DNA from: Octopus sinensis
Taxonomy: Eukaryota
Length of the DNA: 64,000 nt
NCBI RefSeq assembly: GCF_006345805.1
Contig: NC_043001.1
Span: 38,254,001 to 38,318,000 of the forward strand
Reading direction: 5' to 3'
Positions 59,401 through 64,000 of the stretch are shown piece after piece (position 1 is the stretch's first letter; the number at the start of each line of letters is the position of its first letter). The notes beneath the pieces were generated by a model, which saw only the letters and a list, made by a program, of their open reading frames with translations, was not told where the DNA came from and did not search any database. Position numbers and translations under genes: made by a program.

Positions 59401-62028
59401 TTTAGCTACTGCTTTCGAAGACAAAATACAGATTTTATTTCTGCTTACTAATGAACAACCTGGTGTTGATGCTGAGGGGTAAATCCTTAATGAATAGTTG
59501 TTATAACAAATATATGGGTAGGGTTGATAAATCTGACCAATATTGGATATATTACCCAGTTGGTTGACCTGGGAAGAAATGATGTAGGTACATATTTTGT
59601 GGTTTTTAGTTAATTTAAGTATAGCTAATTCATATATTGTATATGTAAAAAGCCACAAGGTACTTCCGCCACCTAAGGACTATGACCATTTGAGATTTTG
59701 GGTTGACATCACATCTCAGGTACGTAAGGGCTTTCCTTCTAGAAAGCACAGAACTGGGAGAAAAGCAAAATTAATATAAATGAAAACAAGAGTATTTTGT
59801 GGATATCAACAGAAAATATTGACTTTCCCAAAGTCGAAAAGATAAATGGAAGAAAAAAAGTTTGCAGCCTGTGCTTGTTGCAAAAAAAGAAAAACTGCAA
59901 AAGGGTATCAGATTGAGACTTCGTATATGTGTTCCTTTGAAAAGTGTCCAGTTTCATGACAAATATGTCATAACTATATTATTTTATCATATATTCCTTT
60001 TTGAATGAAATATAGAGAAAGACTAATATATTGTACCGATTACACCTGTATTTTAATTAATTCAAATCAATGTACCTCATCTTGAAAAATGTAAAATTGT
60101 TGGCAGTTGACATCTGGGATAATTTTAGTAACAAATCAAACAGATAAGATGTATTAAGAATACGAATTTTAGTGTTTATTCATAATGTTATTGTTTTTAC
60201 ACCTGTTAATTAAATATACCTGCCCATAAATGTCAAATTTAATCAGAAATATCTGCTAAAATTACGTGACTATACACCACTGACATATAAGCACCCATTT
60301 ACAAAACTTCAAATCTGTAGAAAATTAACAAAGTTACAAGCAAATATTGTGGACACCCAACTTGAACCTGAATAAATCAAAATTAATATGAACAGATAAA
60401 CATTATATTTGACAAATTAATCTGAACACGAAAGGGTTAAGCTCTCATTTAGCCAGTCTATTTTTACAGTAAATGAACTCACTTAACATTTCACTGTAAA
60501 ATATCCTGAACTTTAAATATTTGCTCTGTAGTATATTTGGTCGGACTTTTTGTTGGTTCTGTTATTTATCTTCTTTCTAGATGTCGCAACTAGAAGGCAT
60601 TGTACTCAATGTTGTGGCCTTGATTCTTCAGCAAAACATCATTGGTAAGTTTGATATTCTCAGCTTGTTGCTAATATCTCTCAAACATCGTTTTCCTTGG
60701 AAATCTCTTAATTTTCTTAACCAATTAGCAGATGGCTCCGTCTCTTCAAAGAGCACTGTATTCCCTTTTTACATGTATCTTTCAGGTTAAACTGAAAACT
60801 TTCATAAATCAATTCTTTATAAATGGTATTATTCAACTTTTAAATTTGTTCTTACGTAATATAAATTGAAATTGATACAAAAAATCAATAAGGGACTTTT
60901 CTATACCCTTTCGGGGTATAGTCAAAAGCAAATTAAAAAAAAAAAAAGCTTGAAGTAAATTAGAAAAATCGTGAAACAATGTAACCTTAAAACTCATTGA
61001 AATAACCCTGGATAAAATTAAATAGTAGAGAGTTGGATAAAACAAATGTCTAGGTTTTGAATTTTGTGAGTTGGAATATATTTCATCATTTGACAATGAT
61101 GTGGTTATTTATGATATCTCAAAGCAATAAATTGATTGTTGCTGCATATGATGTTAAGAAGACAGTGGCATGTAATTGACTGCACAAGATGTTCAGCACA
61201 TTTACACTGCAAGGATTCTAACAAAATCAGTACAATAGAACAGGAGAATATTGTGACAGTTGTTGAAATGCTTATAATTAACATTGAAGAATATTTGTGA
61301 ATGTTTACATTCAATATAGGGACAGGTGTCACTTGTATTGTTAAGTAGTATGCTTTGTAACCACATGGTTTTGGATTCAATTCCACTGCACAGTACTTTA
61401 GAATGTGTTTTATACTATAGATCCAGATGAACCAGCATATTTGGGTGAATTTTGTAGATGGAAACTGAAAAGAAGGTTGTGTTTGTGTGCATGTATGCAT
61501 TTGTTGCTTTAACAGTGTATGCTAATTGTAAATAAATGTTTCTGTCACACAAGTAATGCTGTTTGCAATCTTCCTTGAAAACACCACTGAACTTGGGGAA
61601 AATATTACTTTGCTTGAAAACAGATTGACAGGTTTTCAATTTTAGTTTGTTTGCTTCAGTTTGTATGTTGAAAGTCATAGTAAAGGGCAACAGTTTAAAT
61701 AAATTTTGTATTTTGATGAAGAGGGGATTTGAGTTAAAGTTTTACTATTGCATTGCTCTTAGCTCCAGAGAAACTTAAGTTTCCTTAATATGATAGTAAT
61801 TAGTTATAAATACTATTTAAATTTTAGATATTTTAATGTCTTTCTGAAATCTTTATGATGATTATTGTTTCTTTTTTATTTATTAAAATGTATCTATTTC
61901 AGATTTTTATGAAGAAGTTTTATCTCTGATATGTAGTCTAACTAGTACTCAGATCTCGCCTCAAATGTGGCAAGTATTTGGGATGCTGTATCAAATGTTT
62001 CAGACTGATGGAATAGATTATTTCACTG
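15709..62028 (+). CDS. IPO7: Importin-7 (importin-beta family nuclear import receptor); 19 coding exons in window, 3'-incomplete
   Basis: Hand-spliced exons give one open frame of 2071 nt (690 codons +1) with GT-AG boundaries and compatible phases. Peptides [79 protein letters not shown] closely match importin-7 as I know it. Confidence 0.96.
18425..18476. repeat. (TA)n microsatellite
   Basis: Direct reading. Confidence 0.97.
20000..20760 (+). mobile_element. Old, heavily decayed RTE fragment
   Basis: Residual motifs [25 protein letters not shown] and [15 protein letters not shown] align to the RTE at 23170-23830. Confidence 0.5.
20760..21350 (-). mobile_element. Decayed LINE C-terminal fragment, R4/Dong-like
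   Basis: [28 protein letters not shown] resembles the R4-clade RKLLTMH..HPKSD.DRLY.PR..GGRGL motif; degenerate Cys/His region downstream. Confidence 0.4.
21475..21955 (+). mobile_element. tRNA-derived octopus-type SINE with internal (TA)n expansion
   Basis: Degenerate tRNA-like head (GTGGTT..AACCAC..CAGTCC), GCACCTTGGGCAAATGTCTTC core, GTGGTGCCCCAGC..GCAGTC tail. Confidence 0.7.
21970..22242. repeat. Degenerate TA/TG microsatellite (TATATAATG-type units)
   Basis: Direct reading; similar tract at 24620-24870 on the other side of the RTE. Confidence 0.93.
22365..24620 (+). mobile_element. 5'-truncated RTE-clade LINE (RT with embedded PHD-type finger, 3' UTR, tail); stops and frameshifts
   Basis: [67 protein letters not shown]; 3' UTR units and GTTAAACGATG tail. 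Confidence 0.93.
24885..25800 (-). repeat. Purine-skewed degenerate repeat (probable very old LINE), copy A
   Basis: Shares blocks AGGTG(A/G)CAACTGTAGAA, ATGTAAAATGTGAGTGGAG..GACA.TGTTAAGAA, CTATTCACAT with 40800-41830. Confidence 0.5.
27475..27686. mobile_element. 212-bp piggyBac-type MITE
   Basis: TTAA|CCCTTTCGTTAC ... GTAATGAAAGGG|TTAA; same TIR as 38279-39418. Confidence 0.9.
28380..29010 (-). mobile_element. Old RTE RT fragment, antisense to IPO7
   Basis: [52 protein letters not shown]. Confidence 0.6.
29205..29560 (+). mobile_element. Degenerate octopus-type SINE
   Basis: GGCATGGCTGTG head, TTGGGCAAGTGTCTTCTACTATAG core, GGTGACAGGAAAGGCAT..AGCATGAAAAAGTAGATGCTAAA tail. Confidence 0.6.
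29600..30128 (+). mobile_element. mariner transposase 3' half with right terminus
   Basis: [73 protein letters not shown]; ends GAACTTTTCAGCTGGCCTTTG|TA. Confidence 0.88.
30170..31165 (+). mobile_element. RTE LINE fragment with internal deletion
   Basis: [45 protein letters not shown] remnant, jump to 3' UTR at ~30700, tail GATGTTAAATG. Confidence 0.9.
31882..31935. repeat. Perfect 54-bp palindrome without spacer
   Basis: TCATTTATGTACAAAACACCATATAAA|TTTATATGGTGTTTTGTACATAAATGA, 27/27 complementary. Confidence 0.95.
33560..34415 (-). mobile_element. 5'-truncated CR1-clade LINE, relatively young
   Basis: 215-aa ORF: [57 protein letters not shown]; 3' UTR and (TAAC)n tail; retains many CpG. 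Confidence 0.93.
35186..35650 (+). mobile_element. RTE LINE 3' UTR fragment with (GAT)n tail
   Basis: Close match to 10340-10816. Confidence 0.88.
36688..36772 (+). CDS. IPO7: IPO7 exon 2 ([29 protein letters not shown])
   Basis: ttttcag|GTC ... GCTG|gttagt, 85 nt. Confidence 0.93.
37237..37452. mobile_element. piggyBac-type MITE (second family)
   Basis: TTAA|CCTTTT...TTAAATGCTAAAGGG|TTAG; reverse-oriented relative of 57539-57730. Confidence 0.65.
37771..37927 (+). CDS. IPO7: IPO7 exon 3 ([17 protein letters not shown]...[12 protein letters not shown])
   Basis: ctttag|GT ... ATCAG|gtaaaa, 157 nt. Confidence 0.94.
38279..39418 (+). mobile_element. Non-autonomous piggyBac deletion derivative
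   Basis: TTAA|CCCTTTCGTTAC ... GTAACGAAAGGG|TTAA perfect 12-bp TIRs; acidic transposase N-terminus ([31 protein letters not shown]) at 38519-38929; catalytic core absent. Confidence 0.92.
40316..40474 (+). CDS. IPO7: IPO7 exon 4 ([19 protein letters not shown]...LYQLVKVYE)
   Basis: cctccag|T ... TATGA|gtgagt, 159 nt. Confidence 0.94.
40800..41830 (-). repeat. Purine-skewed degenerate repeat, copy B, interrupted by a SINE
   Basis: Homologous to 24885-25800; minus-strand remnants TQFLQLPP.. and ..SFHSFVLWN resemble LINE ORF2 C-termini. Confidence 0.5.
41245..41460 (-). mobile_element. tRNA-derived SINE
   Basis: Minus: GGCAGAATTATTAGC (A-box region)..CTGAGTTCAAATTCTGCC (B-box 41376-41385)..CCTTTCATCCTTTCGGGATCAATAAATTAAGTACCAG. 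Confidence 0.8.
41870..42800 (-). mobile_element. Old RTE fragment, antisense to IPO7
   Basis: [73 protein letters not shown]. Confidence 0.8.
45240..45480 (-). mobile_element. piggyBac transposase N-terminal remnant
   Basis: [35 protein letters not shown] parallels the 38519 ORF; no TIRs found. Confidence 0.55.
45950..46106 (+). CDS. IPO7: IPO7 exon 5 ([14 protein letters not shown]...[13 protein letters not shown])
   Basis: ttttgcag|A ... CAA|gtaagt, 157 nt. Confidence 0.94.
46687..46776 (+). CDS. IPO7: IPO7 exon 6 ([30 protein letters not shown])
   Basis: tttcag|AAT ... GAG|gtaaat, 90 nt. Confidence 0.94.
46980..47074 (+). CDS. IPO7: IPO7 exon 7 ([32 protein letters not shown])
   Basis: cttgaag|GCT ... 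GAACG|gtattg, 95 nt. Confidence 0.95.
47160..49315. mobile_element. TA-flanked pogo/Tigger-like MITE split by an RTE insertion
   Basis: TA|CAGTAATCACTCATCATATTGCGG ... CCGTGATAGTTGAGGGATTACTG|TA imperfect TIRs. Confidence 0.7.
47590..49205 (+). mobile_element. RTE LINE fragment nested in the MITE
   Basis: [22 protein letters not shown] remnant [39 protein letters not shown], 3' UTR units, tail AAACAATGATAATGA. Confidence 0.9.
49700..49770 (+). CDS. IPO7: IPO7 exon 8 ([23 protein letters not shown])
   Basis: cttatag|G ... ACTT|gtgagt, 71 nt. Confidence 0.94.
51584..51686 (+). CDS. IPO7: IPO7 exon 9 ([34 protein letters not shown])
   Basis: atttag|GT ... CAAGG|gtaagt, 103 nt. Confidence 0.94.
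51990..52035 (+). CDS. IPO7: IPO7 exon 10 ([15 protein letters not shown])
   Basis: catttcag|A ... GTA|gtaagt, 46 nt; restores phase between exons 9 and 11. Confidence 0.92.
52836..52935 (+). CDS. IPO7: IPO7 exon 11 ([33 protein letters not shown])
   Basis: ttttgcag|GTG ... TTCG|gtaaca, 100 nt. Confidence 0.95.
53108..53301 (+). CDS. IPO7: IPO7 exon 12 ([16 protein letters not shown]...[17 protein letters not shown])
   Basis: attgtag|AT ... AAG|gtttgt, 194 nt. Confidence 0.95.
53811..53900 (+). CDS. IPO7: IPO7 exon 13 ([30 protein letters not shown])
   Basis: attacag|AGA ... AGA|gtgagt, 90 nt. Confidence 0.95.
54033..54198 (+). CDS. IPO7: IPO7 exon 14 ([14 protein letters not shown]...[19 protein letters not shown])
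   Basis: tttgtag|GCC ... AAAG|gtgact, 166 nt. Confidence 0.95.
55765..55806 (+). CDS. IPO7: IPO7 exon 15 ([14 protein letters not shown])
   Basis: ttttactaag|CC ... TTAG|gtgagt, 42 nt. Confidence 0.9.
   Translation, partial: PSNLYVLMSSQLF
56597..56715 (+). CDS. IPO7: IPO7 exon 16 ([40 protein letters not shown])
   Basis: gttacag|AG ... TTG|gtaggt, 119 nt. Confidence 0.95.
57906..58028 (+). CDS. IPO7: IPO7 exon 17 ([41 protein letters not shown])
   Basis: tttttaag|GCT ... GAG|gtaggt, 123 nt. Confidence 0.94.
58135..60436 (+). mobile_element. Full-length but decayed piggyBac transposon (PGBD4-like transposase pseudogene)
   Basis: TIRs CCCTTTAGTGTTCAAA / TCTGAACACGAAAGGG|TTAA; [54 protein letters not shown]-terminal Cys cluster; many stops/frameshifts. 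Confidence 0.92.
60581..60644 (+). CDS. IPO7: IPO7 exon 18 ([21 protein letters not shown])
   Basis: ttctttctag|ATG ... ATTG|gtaagt, 64 nt. Confidence 0.93.
61315..61640 (+). mobile_element. Degenerate tRNA-derived SINE
   Basis: GTTAAGTAG..AACCACATGGTTTTGGATTCAATTCCACTG head, GATGGAAACTGAAAAGAAG, CTTGGGGAAAATATTACTTTGCTTG. Confidence 0.6.
61903..62028 (+). CDS. IPO7: IPO7 exon 19 ([42 protein letters not shown])
   Basis: atttcag|AT ... ACTG|gtgaga, 126 nt; next exon lies beyond the window. Confidence 0.95.
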
Positions 62029-63516
62029 GTGAGATTCTAAAACTTATTTCTTTCACTTATCTTTCTTCTAAAGCTTAACTGTAATATTTGTTTTATTCTA
62101 AACTGTAATTAATCTTTTAACCTTTTGGTTTGGTAGCTGATTAGTTTTAATCAATCAAGCATCTGAAATGGCTAACAACTCATTTTCACAGATATTGTTT
62201 TATTTTTTTTAACTATTTGCCAAATAAAAATATGAACATAGTCTTCTCTATGTATTTAATAAGCTGCAGGTACTGGCATCACTGTGGAACCATAGGGTTC
62301 ACAGCTTCATCCCACTACATAGTCCCTTGGGCAAGTGTCTTCAAGGTTTTGGATTAACTAGTATTTTGTATAAGAAAATGGTTGACATGCATATATAGGT
62401 AGATATTGGTAACAGGAAGAGCATAGAATACTGTCTTATTCACCTCCTACTAGTGTGATAAAAAGATATAAAAATGATGAGGAAGCTGATCACATTGTGT
62501 CCTATTGTGAAATAAGGTCTTATGGTGAAATCATAGGTTTTTCAGAAATCTAGATTGAGAATTGAACTAGCCTGGATTCACTTCTCTTTCAAAGATGTGG
62601 GAAAATAGTAGCTGAAATCTCTTAATATGTAAGCTCGATTACTTAATTGGTATATCGTTATCCAGCATTAATATCTAATATATCAAAAAACGGTGGGTTA
62701 TGGACATGCATGCAGTTATATCTATATATGGCTATTTGTTCATTAAACTTAATGGATATGACTAAATATTTATTCATAACTCCATGTTATGCTGATACTC
62801 TAGGAAGCTGTGTGGGTCATGATGACATAGTTTATGTAGCTTTTTCCTTTAGTTAGTCAATCAGCCTTTACAGTTCACTGTAAGGTTATAAGATGTAAAC
62901 GTAATGTTTTTGTTTTTAATTTAAGGCACAACTCAGTATTTATTGTATATCCACTGTCAACCAAATTAGAAAATTTTCAGTATCATTTTCACTTTACACT
63001 TGATGATCAGAAGGATAACCAACTTTTTAAAAAGCTACTGCCACTTTTCCTGTAGTTACCTAAAGACTTTCACTATTGTTACAAAAATAGTAATTGCTGG
63101 ATTTATTTGAGATAGAACTTGATTGTTTTTAAAATAAAAGCTCATCTATGTTAGTTTTGACTAGTGAATAAAATTTTTGCTTACCTAATTTTAATTAGGT
63201 TGTACATTGCTTGCTGTCTCCATTAAACATAGGTGTAATTTAGTGACACATACATTAATAATAGTTGTAATGGTAATTATTTCTGTTATTGCTATTAAGG
63301 TAGTGGAGTTGGGAAAATGATGGTAGAATACTAAGCTAAATAAATACTTTTTTGTATATAGATTTGTCTCTGTTCAGATTAAAATCTTGCTGATAAAATA
63401 TGAGTTACTTGTTGAGATTCATTCAATTGTTTTCAGTTTTCACTTCAGAATTGTGGATTGTGTCAATGTAATAAATCATCATAATTAGTTATAGTTGTAT
63501 GTGATTTACCATTTAA

Positions 63517-64000
63517 CCCTTCAGTGTTCAGACCAGTGAAAACTGGCTGAAAATAATTCCCCTTCACTTGTTTGAACTGGCCGAATCCAGCCATATGATT
63601 CCTCTATGAAATCACTAAAAAAATAAACAAATCACATTATTGAATTCTCGAGACTTGGTTTTTTTCAATGTTTGAAGAGAAGATTATATCTTAGTTTTTA
63701 AAGACGTGGCGTCAGCAAGTAGCAATTCCAACTTTGAAGGTTTTACTCTTAATGATGTACAAAATATAAACGTAGACAACAGTGATTTATCTTCGGATGA
63801 ATCTGATATTGATATTCATGAATCTTTGTCGGATGAGGAAGATTTTGAGAACGAAAGTGATAAAAATGAAAGTGATGAAAATGATACTGAAAACATTACA
63901 GCAACATGGTTGCAGGTTACTACATCGACCTAGTCAACAACACAGTCTACGTCCCAATGCTCAATCATTGGACTATTTATTTTTATTTTTGCCAAAATGC
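63517..64000 (+). mobile_element. piggyBac element left end (runs off window), relative of 58135-60436
   Basis: TTAA|CCCTTCAGTGTTCAGA; acidic N-terminus [28 protein letters not shown]. Confidence 0.85.

Noticed and set aside
58256-59990. Domesticated PGBD gene or IPO7-transposase fusion exon
   Set aside because: Multiple stops and frameshifts, including around the second catalytic Asp.

Overview
AT-rich, microsatellite- and transposon-dense eukaryotic DNA; the SINE families and RTE-LINE tails (...GGACGTTAAACGATGATGA) point to an octopus genome (inference from recognised repeats, no search run). The only host gene I can support is importin-7 (IPO7/moleskin orthologue, + strand): ATG at 15709, 19 coding exons traced by hand to 62028 (2071 nt, open frame, all GT-AG), continuing past the window. 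Intron 1 is ~20.9 kb and holds RTE, CR1, R4-like, mariner and piggyBac relics; later introns hold several piggyBac-family elements. The first ~11.4 kb is a nest of Penelope-like elements (PLEs) interrupted by RTE tails. The most notable item is a complete type I hammerhead ribozyme motif (5506-5632, minus) in the 3' region of one PLE, with a palindromic stem III and a ~100-nt multi-helix stem II; the same element has two outward-facing copies of its 3' end, each running into (TA)n. Other candidates: a stop-containing 42-nt cassette exon in IPO7 intron 1, a 153-bp inverted self-copy within an intronic RTE, a spacer-less 54-bp palindrome, and a fold-back element with an 8-bp target duplication. 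Most ORF-track entries are microsatellite or TE artefacts. No CRISPR, rRNA or true tRNA genes were found.
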